Assembly: GCA_943788175.1 (NCBI GenBank)
Contig: CALSPG010000008.1
Span: 32,001-96,000, forward strand
Direction of reading: 5' to 3'
DNA length: 64,000 nt
From: an uncultured bacterium
GTDB lineage: Bacteria; Fidelibacterota; Marinisomatia; Marinisomatales; UBA1611
Below are positions 18,128 to 27,008 of this stretch, in pieces. The notes below the pieces were generated by a model. The model had not been told where the DNA came from, made no database searches, and worked only from the letters and a program-made list of their open reading frames with translations. How positions within the stretch are numbered: the stretch's first letter is position 1; each line of letters begins with the position of its first letter. A program made the position numbers and the translations under genes.

Positions 18128-18498
18128 TATTCTTTTACCTGCTCATTTATACTCATCGTTACAAGGTCATCTAATTTTAAATACTCTAGTGATTTTTCAT
18201 GAGTAGCTTCTAAGACTACTTTAGGAGCACAGTTATTTTCGAATGCTTCTTTCCACCTTAATGCGCAGACACACCACTTATCTCCAGGCTTTAGACCAGG
18301 GAAGTTATACATGGGGTTTGGAGTAGATAAGTCATTGCCCATGTCGCGTGAAAATTTTAAAAATTTTCTATCCATTACAGATGCTACAACATGTCTTCCA
18401 TGGTCACTTTTATCTGTTCTGCAAAATCCATCACGGAAATAACCAGTAGCTGGTTTTGAACCACAACTCTTTAAATCAGTACCTAATACATTTCTCAT
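18127..18498 (-). CDS. DUF2237 family protein
   Basis: NVLG..L..C, TGYFRDGFC, GNDLSTP, FPGLKPGDKWCVCA.RW.EA. Confidence 0.88.
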   Translation of the reverse strand: MRNVLGTDLKSCGSKPATGYFRDGFCRTDKSDHGRHVVASVMDRKFLKFSRDMGNDLSTPNPMYNFPGLKPGDKWCVCALRWKEAFENNCAPKVVLEATHEKSLEYLKLDDLVTMSINEQVKE

Positions 18499-18601
18499 GT
18501 GTAAAATTAAATATATGAGTCATAATAAATCAAATTTCAAGTTTTGGTAAAATGGACTAATTACTTTTGATTGTTTTGGATTTTAGATTACAATTTTATA
18601 C

Positions 18602-20098
18602 ATGTTCACATCAATTTTATGGTTTAAAAAAGATCTTCGTATTATTGACCACAAGCCGCTCTGGGAAGCTTCAAAAAATGGACTTGTTCTACCATTATAC
18701 ATTTTCGAGCCTGAAATTCTAGATAGTGAAGATTATGATCCAAGGCACCATCAGTTTATTAATGACTCTTTAGAATTTTTAAAAATAGAACTTGAAAAAA
18801 TTGATGGGTATTTGCACGTTGAATATGGATCAGCTCTAGAAGTATTTCAGAAAATGAAGTCTCAAATATCAGGCCAGATTGGAGTTTTTTCTCACGAAGA
18901 AACTGGGAACTGGATTAGTTACCAAAGAGATATTCATTTAAAAAATTGGTGTAAAAAAAACACTATCAATTGGATAGAGTTTCCCCAACATGGTGTCCAG
19001 AGACCAATCAAAAATAGAGATGGTTGGTCTTACGAATGGAATAAGTCAATGAATGAGCCAATTATTCCTGCCCCAGTCAATATAAAATTTGAACCGTATC
19101 AAAATAATTTCAGCTTAATTAATGGAAAGATACTTAACAAAAAAGTAACCCATAAAAACATTCAAAAAGGTGGAAGGGTTAATGCAGAAAAACTTTTGGT
19201 TTCTTTTTTAAATGAACGAGGTCGTAATTATGCGAAAGAGATGTCTAGCCCCTTAACAGCAATGACAAGCTGTAGTCGGTTGAGTCCCCATATCTCATTT
19301 GGGACTATTAGCATAAAAGAAGTATATCAAACAGCAAAGAAAAAGCGGGCCTTACTTAAGGGCGTTAAGGGTATTGGTCCTTGGAGGTCTTCAATCTCTT
19401 CGTTTCTAGGGCGGTTGAGATGGCATTGTCATTTTATTCAAAAATTAGAAGACCAACCTAAAATTGAATGGGTAAATATGGCTCGAGCATATGATAATAT
19501 TCGAGAAAATGATTTCAATGAAAATTATTTTGAAGCTTGGAAAGTAGGCCTTACTGGTTACCCGCTTATAGATGCTTGCATGAGGTGTTTAAATGAGACA
19601 GGTTATATTAATTTTAGAATGAGAGCGATGCTTGTCTCTTTTGCTTCATACGATCTTTGGTTAGATTGGAGGAAAACCAGTAAATATATGGCAACACAAT
19701 TTTTAGATTATGAACCTGGAATTCATTACAGTCAATTTCAAATGCAATCTGGTGTAACTGGAATAAATTCAATAAGAATATACAATCCGATTAAGCAACA
19801 AAAAGATCATGACCCGGAAGGGGAATTTGTTAGAACATGGGTTCCTGAGTTAGAAAACATCCCTTTAGAATATATTTTCACACCTCATTTAATGAGTGAA
19901 GGATTCCAAGAAAAGTATTCATGTGTAATTGGATTGAATTATCCTGCTCCAATTATTGATCATAGCCTACAAGTTAAAAAAGCGAAAAATATTTTGTATA
20001 AAATAAAATCAACACCTGAGGCAAAAAGTGAAGCAAAAAAAGTTTACATTAAACATGGAAGTAGAAGAAAACCCAACCAAAAAAGGAACCAGGGATAA
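18602..20098 (+). CDS. Cryptochrome/DNA photolyase family FAD-binding protein
   Basis: WFKKDLR..DH, SRLSPHISFG, TGYPLIDACMR, FLDYEPGIH, RIYNP.KQ..DHDP.G.F...WVPEL. Confidence 0.92.
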   Translation: MFTSILWFKKDLRIIDHKPLWEASKNGLVLPLYIFEPEILDSEDYDPRHHQFINDSLEFLKIELEKIDGYLHVEYGSALEVFQKMKSQISGQIGVFSHEETGNWISYQRDIHLKNWCKKNTINWIEFPQHGVQRPIKNRDGWSYEWNKSMNEPIIPAPVNIKFEPYQNNFSLINGKILNKKVTHKNIQKGGRVNAEKLLVSFLNERGRNYAKEMSSPLTAMTSCSRLSPHISFGTISIKEVYQTAKKKRALLKGVKGIGPWRSSISSFLGRLRWHCHFIQKLEDQPKIEWVNMARAYDNIRENDFNENYFEAWKVGLTGYPLIDACMRCLNETGYINFRMRAMLVSFASYDLWLDWRKTSKYMATQFLDYEPGIHYSQFQMQSGVTGINSIRIYNPIKQQKDHDPEGEFVRTWVPELENIPLEYIFTPHLMSEGFQEKYSCVIGLNYPAPIIDHSLQVKKAKNILYKIKSTPEAKSEAKKVYIKHGSRRKPNQKRNQG

Positions 20099-20115
20099 TT
20101 CTGGTTATCAGTTTT

Positions 20116-21015
20116 TTAAAAATTGCTGAATTGGAAAAATAATTTACTAAAAGCTTTAACTGTCTGAGAAATAGGTTTTGAATATCCTCCGCCCATAAAA
20201 ATAACAATTGGGCATCCTTGTTTTTTACAAAAGTTAAGAACCATTTCGTTCCTTTTAATCATCCCATTATGACTAAGCTCTAAATGACCCAGGGTGTCAT
20301 GAACTAAACCATCTACTCCCGCTTGAAAAAAAATAATATCTGTGTCATTATCTTCTAATTTTTCTAAGCTTGAGCCAAGTATTCTTAAATAAGTTTTATC
20401 TTTCATTCCTTTCTTTAAGGGTACATCTAAGTCACTTATTTGTTTTTTTAATGGGAAATTAGTTTCACAATGCATTGAAAATGTAAATATTGATTTATCA
20501 GTTTTAACCATAGATGCAGTTCCGTCTCCCTGATGAACATCTAAATCAAGAATAAGTATGTTTTGATACCTTTTAAATTTTTCTTTGCAGTAATATGCAG
20601 AAATTACAAGATCATTAAAGACACAATATCCTGAACCATAATCATAATAAGCATGATGAGTACCTCCGGCTAAATTCGCAGATGCACCATTTTCTAAAGA
20701 GCTCATGACAGCGTTAACACTGCCACCCATTATAAAAAGTGTTCTTTCTATGATTTTTGAAGTCCAGGGCCTTAGGCCAATCTTTCGCTGTTGACTTTCA
20801 GGCAAAGTGCCATCCAAAAATTGGTCTACATATTTTTTTTGATGGACTCTATAAAGATGTTTAAGATTGATTTTTTTTGGAGTTTTAAATACGATGTTTT
20901 TATCTTGATTCGATTTTAATATTGAGTCAAAGATGAGTTGATATCTATCTCTTGGAAAACTTGAAGATTTTGAGATTCCAGAGGTGTAAATTGGATGGTA
21001 AAATATTTCGAGCAA
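20116..21015 (-). CDS. Histone deacetylase family protein
   Basis: GGTHHA, GYCVFND, DLDVHQGDGT, AGVD, MGGGY. Confidence 0.92.
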   Translation of the reverse strand: MLEIFYHPIYTSGISKSSSFPRDRYQLIFDSILKSNQDKNIVFKTPKKINLKHLYRVHQKKYVDQFLDGTLPESQQRKIGLRPWTSKIIERTLFIMGGSVNAVMSSLENGASANLAGGTHHAYYDYGSGYCVFNDLVISAYYCKEKFKRYQNILILDLDVHQGDGTASMVKTDKSIFTFSMHCETNFPLKKQISDLDVPLKKGMKDKTYLRILGSSLEKLEDNDTDIIFFQAGVDGLVHDTLGHLELSHNGMIKRNEMVLNFCKKQGCPIVIFMGGGYSKPISQTVKAFSKLFFQFSNF

Positions 21016-21160
21016 GTATATAGTTATTATTTTATGAGAAAAAATATCTAATTATGATTAATAAAATCAAATTATACTTTAATAAATGTACGTGATTAAA
21101 GTAGGTTAATTAATTATCGTTATTTATAAAAATTATTTTGTAATTAAAATGGATAAATAA

Positions 21161-21685
21161 ATGTATTGTGTTAAATGTGGCAATAAAACCGAAAAGAGCG
21201 TTCCTACTGGCGATAATATTAATAGAGAAATTTGTACCGATTGCGATTACATAAACTATGTAAATCCTAAAATCATCGTTGGTGCTTTACCTATCTTTTC
21301 CGGTTCGGTTCTTTTATGTAAAAGAGATATTGAACCTGGTTTCGGTAAATGGACATTGCCATCCGGATTTATGGAAATGGATGAGTCGCTTGAGGAAGGT
21401 GCAAAAAGAGAGGCCCATGAGGAGGCAAACCTAGAATTAAATATTAAGTACCTGCATACAACATATAGTTTGCCAAAGATTGGACAGGTATATATGCTGT
21501 TTTTAAGTGAAATATTAAATGATGATTATGCTGCAATGCATGAAACTTCAGAGGTGAAATTATTTTCATTAAATGAAATTCCATGGAATAAGATTGCATT
21601 TTCTGCAGTTACATTCGCATTGAAAAACTACATAGAAGATTCTGAGAATGGTTTCCCTGGGAAATGTCATTCTAACTACAATTAA
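21161..21685 (+). CDS. NUDIX hydrolase with N-terminal zinc ribbon
   Basis: CxxC...CxxC; Nudix box [20 protein letters not shown]. Confidence 0.9.
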   Translation: MYCVKCGNKTEKSVPTGDNINREICTDCDYINYVNPKIIVGALPIFSGSVLLCKRDIEPGFGKWTLPSGFMEMDESLEEGAKREAHEEANLELNIKYLHTTYSLPKIGQVYMLFLSEILNDDYAAMHETSEVKLFSLNEIPWNKIAFSAVTFALKNYIEDSENGFPGKCHSNYN

Positions 21686-21687
21686 AT

Positions 21688-22248
21688 ATGAATAATGCCA
21701 TGCAAAAAAAAATCATATTAGGCATTTTATCATTAGTTTTATCTATGATAGCAGAAGTCCTGAAAGCAGAGATTGTTCATGATTTTTCAAAGAGTAATTT
21801 AGAAGGCTGGTATGTAATTGATGATGGAGTAATGGGTGGTAGGTCTAGAGGACAATTAGAAATTGAAAATGATGATATTGGACTGTTTTCAGGAAGAATT
21901 TCTTTACAAAACTATGGTGGTTTTAGTTCAATAAGATATTATACCGATAATATCAAAGTAAAAAAATATAAGTATATTGCGATGATTATTAATGGTGATA
22001 ATAAATACTATCAATTAAGGATTAAAGGATCAAGAAATGATCGTTATGTTTACACTTCAAAATTTTTTGCAAAAAATGGCTGGCAACAGATTAGAATACC
22101 CCTTGCTGACATGGAGCCTTACTTTAGAGGAAGAAAATTAAATAAGAAAAATTTTGACAAGAAATATATCACTGAACTTGGATTTTTGATTGGGAATAAA
22201 GTTCCAGAAAATTTTGAGCTTCGCATAAGGTCAATATTGCTTGAATAG
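21688..22248 (+). CDS. CIA30 family protein
   Basis: W..IDDGVMGGRS, NYGGFSS motifs. Confidence 0.88.
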   Translation: MNNAMQKKIILGILSLVLSMIAEVLKAEIVHDFSKSNLEGWYVIDDGVMGGRSRGQLEIENDDIGLFSGRISLQNYGGFSSIRYYTDNIKVKKYKYIAMIINGDNKYYQLRIKGSRNDRYVYTSKFFAKNGWQQIRIPLADMEPYFRGRKLNKKNFDKKYITELGFLIGNKVPENFELRIRSILLE

Positions 22249-22359
22249 TCAGATTGGTTATTTATAGAGGTTTCTTTATTAATGCTTTAATCTTTGATGT
22301 ATCATTGATATTTTTAACTAAGTTTTTTATTAAAGAAATACATAGTGTTTGGAGTAAAT

Positions 22360-22713
22360 ATGATTTTTAATATAGATATAATAATAGAAGCATTAAAAAT
22401 AATTGCAGCGGTATCTGTTTTTTATGTTTGGGTAGTAAGATACGATAATATAAAAAAAGAATTTAAAGATTATAAACTGCCAAGTGCTTTTAGAGATTTC
22501 ATAGGTATTATAAAAATTTCTTTTACTGTAATGTTGCAGTTTGATGATAATAATTTGGTTGTCATTGGATCTCTGGGGATAATTGTATTGATGCTAGGTG
22601 CCGTAGCAACTCATATAAAAGTAAAAAATCCTATCAAAGATGTAGTCCCTGCACTTACGATGCTCTCAATAGGGCTAATTATATTTTTACATGTTTACGC
22701 ACAATCTATTTAA
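22360..22713 (+). CDS. DoxX-like membrane protein
   Basis: EF..Y.LP, MLGAV.TH.KVK.P; GGAG before ATG 22360. Confidence 0.75.
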   Translation: MIFNIDIIIEALKIIAAVSVFYVWVVRYDNIKKEFKDYKLPSAFRDFIGIIKISFTVMLQFDDNNLVVIGSLGIIVLMLGAVATHIKVKNPIKDVVPALTMLSIGLIIFLHVYAQSI

Positions 22714-22767
22714 AAGTAAAAATTTATAGTTGAACAGGTTTTTAAATTGACACTTTTTTAAACCTCC

Positions 22768-23088
22768 ATGGCAACATATTACGTTTATGTAATAGAACTA
22801 GAACCTGAGGTAGCAAATCTTAGAAAGTTTAGAGCTAAGAATCCGAATTATATAAAAGGGAACGGATGTTTTTATGTTGGTCAATCGACAAGGCCTCCAG
22901 AATTAAGGTTTGAGCAACACAAAGAGGGCTATAAATCCAATAAATATGCTAAGTATTATGGTAAAAAATTAAGGCCGGACATTTACAAAAAATATAATCC
23001 CATACCTTCTCGGGATGATTCATTAGGCATTGAAGCTTATTTAGGCAATAAATTAAGGGGTAAGGGTGCTGCTGTTTGGTTTAATTAA
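22768..23088 (+). CDS. Small GIY-YIG-like protein
   Basis: YVYVIEL...YVGQS..PE.RF.QH..G. Confidence 0.7.
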   Translation: MATYYVYVIELEPEVANLRKFRAKNPNYIKGNGCFYVGQSTRPPELRFEQHKEGYKSNKYAKYYGKKLRPDIYKKYNPIPSRDDSLGIEAYLGNKLRGKGAAVWFN

Positions 23089-24092
23089 CTATTTTTGTTA
23101 CCATTGAGCGAAAAGATAAAACCATTTGCCATGCACTAGTACTTTGGTCAAGGTCACCCTCATTTATATTAAATGACCCTTCAATAAAAATAGGTTTTTG
23201 CATACTAATACTTAATACTCCCTTACTTGTACTAAATAGATATCCTAAAGATGGAGTGATGATTAAAGCAGATGAGTTTGGACTAGGGATACCATGCCAA
23301 TATTCCTTGGATAGCGATTCTACTCCTAAACTTAAATCAAGTGATCCGTCTAGCTTATCAAATCTTTTGTAAATAGTCGAAAACACTGCTTTCAAAGATG
23401 TTCTGGGCATATAAAAATATTCATTTTCACGGATAGGTTTTTCAATAGAAAAATTTCCACCAAAAAATACAGGATTGGCGGAACGTTTATAATAAAATTG
23501 AATATCAGATATCAGGTTATAAGTACCATTGCTCATACTAAAATGTCTATGCGGGATAAATGCATCATCACTTTTTAAAAACGGGTTTTTTGTGAGATTG
23601 TTTTTTGATGGTAGCGTAATTCCGCTACCAAAAATAATTCTGTACCCATCGCCTGCCCCAATATTTTTGAGTAAATACCTAAGTAGAATTCTAGAATCTC
23701 CTAAAATACCTCCTTTAGCATTGTCAAAATCACTAGCAGAGTGCTCATCACGATGATGAACTGACTCATTGTCTTTATTAAAATTCATTGTCCTTAAGCC
23801 TAATGTGGTACTTATAGACAAATTAACTTTATTACCTAAACCATAAATGAGCCCTGGTCTTATTATTGATGTTATTAAATTTCCTTTGTGCTCAAAATTT
23901 TCTCCCGGTAACAGGAGCATGCCACCAATCTATGTATTGAGTGCTCTGTGTAAGTGAGTAAAAAATCTCATCTTTATTTGCACCTAATCCTTTATCTGAG
24001 CTGCCACCTGGAAGCGAGGGGTTTCCTCAAAGAGCTCATTGGCCATATAATGCAGCGAATAAAAGGTAAAAAAGAATTAGAATGTTTTTCAT
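23081..24092 (-). CDS. Putative UxxU selenoprotein, predicted outer-membrane beta-barrel (COG4313/SphA-like); one extra base near 23904-23906
   Basis: ATG 24092 gives MKNILILFYLLFAALYG-Q-U-A-L-U-GNPSLPGG...IDWWHAPVTG; removing one G joins track ORF (ENFEHKGN...); GGILGDSRILLRY, GITLPS, GTY motifs; TGA at 24038-24036 and 24029-24027. Confidence 0.72.
24000..24015 (-). promoter_or_regulatory. Bacterial SECIS-like hairpin
   Basis: Coding strand GCT-T-CC-AGGT-GG-C-AGC; GG lies 18 nt after the second TGA. Confidence 0.55.
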
Positions 24093-24312
24093 AAAATTTT
24101 AATTTTTCGTTTTAGACAGATTTTAAATAATAAGATAATTTTAATTTAATAACGTTAATCTATTTTATATAGTATAATTTAAATAATATGTCATTGACAA
24201 GGTCGTTAATTAAATATTAATTTATTTATATAGTAAATACTAAAAATTTAAAGTTTTAGTAAGTAATATTTAAAATTAGATTTGTTTTTATAAAATTATA
24301 AGATGTTAGTCT

Positions 24313-24416
24313 TGGTAGGATTACTCCTTCTACCATTCTCTGTTGCCCCTCTAGCCAATGAGTAGAATCTTCTACTGCCTTCTTGTGTTCTAAAATATGG
24401 AGGGGCAATTTTTTTT
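24313..24416 (+). ncRNA. Candidate structured RNA or attenuator
   Basis: GC-elevated island: hairpin TGGTAGGA/TTCTACCA, 11-bp stem TTGCCCCTCTA/TGGAGGGGCAA enclosing AGTAGA/TCTACT hairpin, then T8. Confidence 0.5.
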
Positions 24417-24593
24417 GTTAGCTTTTTTATTTAATAGTGGACACTCTATATTCACTCATTATGTTTTATATCATGATTATAAAAGAAATGATTTTTCACA
24501 AATCATCATTCCTCTAATTGATTTCTAAAAAACTGATTTGATTCATTATATAGACAGGTAGTTATTATTTTTACTATTTATAATTCTTTAGGT

Positions 24594-25307
24594 TTGACCT
24601 CCTTTGAGCTTTTACTAATAGCGTTGTGCGCGATTGGTGTTGGAATGGCAAAAACTGGATTAGGTGGATTCGGGATGGTTGTAGTGCCTATCCTTGCCAA
24701 TATATTTGGACCAAAATCTTCGACTGGTATTTTATTACTTTTGCTTATAATGGCAGATTTTTTTGGAGTCTGGTATTATCATAGGCATGCTGAATTAAAA
24801 AAAATTATACAACTAATGCCTAGTGCTCTAGTGGGTATTATAATTGGTGTTTATATTGGAGATAAAATCTCAGACATACATTTTCAGATATTGCTTGGTG
24901 CCATAATAATCTCGGGTGCTTTAATGATGCTCATAAAAATAGATGTCAAAAGAAATAAATCATTATCGATATTGGTAGGGTTCTTAGGCGGATTTATCAC
25001 AATGGTTGGAAATGCTGCTGGTCCAATTATGTCAATATATTTTTTATCGATTGGTTTTGAGAAAAATAAATTTATTGGCACTGCTGCTTGGTTTTTTCTG
25101 TTCGTAAATATTATAAAAGTTCCATTTCACATTATCTTTTGGGAAACAATAAATCTTGATACTTTTATGTTCGATATAATCTTGTTTCCTTTAATTTTAG
25201 TTGGTGCATTAATCGGAGTATGGATTGTTAAAAAAATCCCGGAAAAGCCCTACAAGGTATTTGTTATTACTTCCGTTCTTTTTTCTACAATATTGTTGTT
25301 TTTATAA
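24594..25307 (+). CDS. Sulfite exporter TauE/SafE (TSUP) family membrane protein
   Basis: GMAKTGLGG.G, GGFITMVGNAAGPIM.IY, FIGT.AWFF..VN..K.PF; multiple TM segments. Confidence 0.88.
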   Translation: MTSFELLLIALCAIGVGMAKTGLGGFGMVVVPILANIFGPKSSTGILLLLLIMADFFGVWYYHRHAELKKIIQLMPSALVGIIIGVYIGDKISDIHFQILLGAIIISGALMMLIKIDVKRNKSLSILVGFLGGFITMVGNAAGPIMSIYFLSIGFEKNKFIGTAAWFFLFVNIIKVPFHIIFWETINLDTFMFDIILFPLILVGALIGVWIVKKIPEKPYKVFVITSVLFSTILLFL

Positions 25308-25331
25308 TTACGTGTATAAAATTTTAATTTA

Positions 25332-25375
25332 AATGGATTTTATTTTTTAATATTAATAATGGATTTTATTTTTTA
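25332..25375 (+). repeat. 18-bp direct repeat
   Basis: AATGGATTTTATTTTTTA at 25332..25349 and 25358..25375. Confidence 0.7.
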
Positions 25376-25490
25376 CCTATGGTTACCAATAATAATATTA
25401 GCATTGGCTAGTTTATTAAAATTCTCAACAAAAATTAAAGGTAATAAAAAACCATGGATAAGAATAGAGGAGACAAAAGAAAATGAGTAG
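25359..25490 (+). CDS. Small single-TM protein, 43 aa (not in ORF track)
   Basis: MDFIFYLWLPIIILALASLLKFSTKIKGNKKPWIRIEETKENE*, overlaps start of next gene. Confidence 0.5.
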   Translation: MDFIFYLWLPIIILALASLLKFSTKIKGNKKPWIRIEETKENE

Positions 25491-26229
25491 ACATTTATCA
25501 ATGAGGACTGCTAACCCGGCATTGCAATCAGAAACTTTTAAAAAATCAATGGCTGATTCAATTTCTAATGAAAGGGCAATGACAATAAATGGTGTTGTGA
25601 ACAAAACTGGATTGTCTCTTATGCTATTGATTTTTGGAGCTTCATTTACTTGGTCGAACCCAGAGTTGTCTGGTTTGGCAATAATAGGTTCTATCGTGGG
25701 TCTGATTTTAGCATTTGTTACTATTTTTAAACCGACAATTGCATATATAACGGTTCCAATTTATGCTATCATGCAGGGCTTATTTCTTGGTTTTATTTCT
25801 AGAGTTTTTGAAATGCAATATCCTGGAATAGCAGTTCAAGCAATTTTTCTTACTTTTGGTACGCTTGGTTCATTATTACTTGCCTATTCTTCGGGTTTAA
25901 TAAAAGCTACTGAAAATTTTAAATTAGGCGTCTTTGCTGCGACAGGGGCCATAGGTGTTTTGTATTTGATAAATTTTATTATGAGCTTTTTTGGTACCGG
26001 AATAGGTGTTATTCACAGTAATAGTACAATGGGAATTGTTTTTAGTCTTGGTGTCGTTGTTATAGCAGCATTAAACCTTGTTCTTGATTTTGATTTTATT
26101 GAAGAAGGTGCTGAAATGGGTGCACCTAAATATATGGAGTGGTATGCAACATTTGGATTATTAGTCACACTTATTTGGTTATATATTGAAATTTTGAGGC
26201 TTCTTTCTAAATTAAATAGTAGAAGATAG
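25483..26229 (+). CDS. Bax inhibitor-1/YccA family membrane protein
   Basis: MT..G..NKT, LVLDFDFIE.G...GAPKYMEWY..FGL.VTLIWLY.EILRLL. Confidence 0.9.
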   Translation: MSRHLSMRTANPALQSETFKKSMADSISNERAMTINGVVNKTGLSLMLLIFGASFTWSNPELSGLAIIGSIVGLILAFVTIFKPTIAYITVPIYAIMQGLFLGFISRVFEMQYPGIAVQAIFLTFGTLGSLLLAYSSGLIKATENFKLGVFAATGAIGVLYLINFIMSFFGTGIGVIHSNSTMGIVFSLGVVVIAALNLVLDFDFIEEGAEMGAPKYMEWYATFGLLVTLIWLYIEILRLLSKLNSRR

Positions 26230-26276
26230 GAGTGCCTTTATAAATACATTTAAAAGGTGTGTATATTTAATATTTT

Positions 26277-26912
26277 TTGCCAACGCTTCTAATTGGTGAA
26301 ATAGATTATCTTTTAAACGTACAACCGATTTTTAATAATCATTGCGTTTCTTGCCATTCTGGGACCTTTGGGTCTGGAGTACTTGAGTTAGATTCATATG
26401 AAAGATTAATTGAAGGTGATAGTAATAATGGGCCAGTCGTGTTTCCATTTAATGCGGATAGCAGTTTGCTCTACAGGGTTTTACTACGTGACTCAGTTGT
26501 CGTTCCAAATGAACCTATATGTTGTCGAATGCCTAAGAATGCAGACCCCTTACCAATTAGTCAACAGACAACAATTTACAACTGGATTAATGAGGGTGCT
26601 CAAGGACCAAACTTATCGATAGGTTTAGAAAATCTTAGTGATAGAATAGTTGTAAGTACCTCTCCAAATCCATTTAATAATATGCTAAAAATATCATTTA
26701 GAAGTGAAAATATTTTTGTAGAAAATATAGCTATTTTAAACTTACTTGGAGAAAGAGTTAGGATAATAGAAGTTCATAATCAAACCGACGGCGTGATTTT
26801 TTGGGATGGCACTAATGACCTTGGCCAAGCTGTTACAGCTGGTATTTATTTTATTTATTTTTACCAGAATAGTAGGTTGGAATTAATACGGAAAGTATTA
26901 TTTCTCAAATAG
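26277..26912 (+). CDS. Secreted c-type cytochrome (planctomycete cytochrome C-like) with FlgD-like C-terminal domain; 5' end uncertain
   Basis: VQPIFNNHCVSCH heme motif, distal RMP, WINEGA; C-terminal PNPFN...WDGTN...AGIYF. Confidence 0.8.
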   Translation: MPTLLIGEIDYLLNVQPIFNNHCVSCHSGTFGSGVLELDSYERLIEGDSNNGPVVFPFNADSSLLYRVLLRDSVVVPNEPICCRMPKNADPLPISQQTTIYNWINEGAQGPNLSIGLENLSDRIVVSTSPNPFNNMLKISFRSENIFVENIAILNLLGERVRIIEVHNQTDGVIFWDGTNDLGQAVTAGIYFIYFYQNSRLELIRKVLFLK

Positions 26913-26949
26913 ATCCATTCCATTAAATATAGTTGGATATTTAATTTGT

Positions 26950-26972
26950 TTAATGAGAATTATTCTCATTAA
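26950..26972. promoter_or_regulatory. Fur-type box (perfect palindrome)
   Basis: TTAATGAGAAT-T-ATTCTCATTAA, 36 nt upstream of the OM protein ATG. Confidence 0.75.
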
Positions 26973-27008
26973 TTTTCACGCTTGTATATAAATAAATAAG
27001 GAAAAATA

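Noticed and set aside
22768-23088. GIY-YIG-like ORF as a homing endonuclease or mobile element
   Set aside because: Short stand-alone domain with no intron, terminal repeats or interrupted host gene
23892-23894. Third TGA in the upstream frame of the UxxU gene as another Sec
   Set aside because: It lies after the inferred frameshift; that frame soon stops and the protein continues in the other frame
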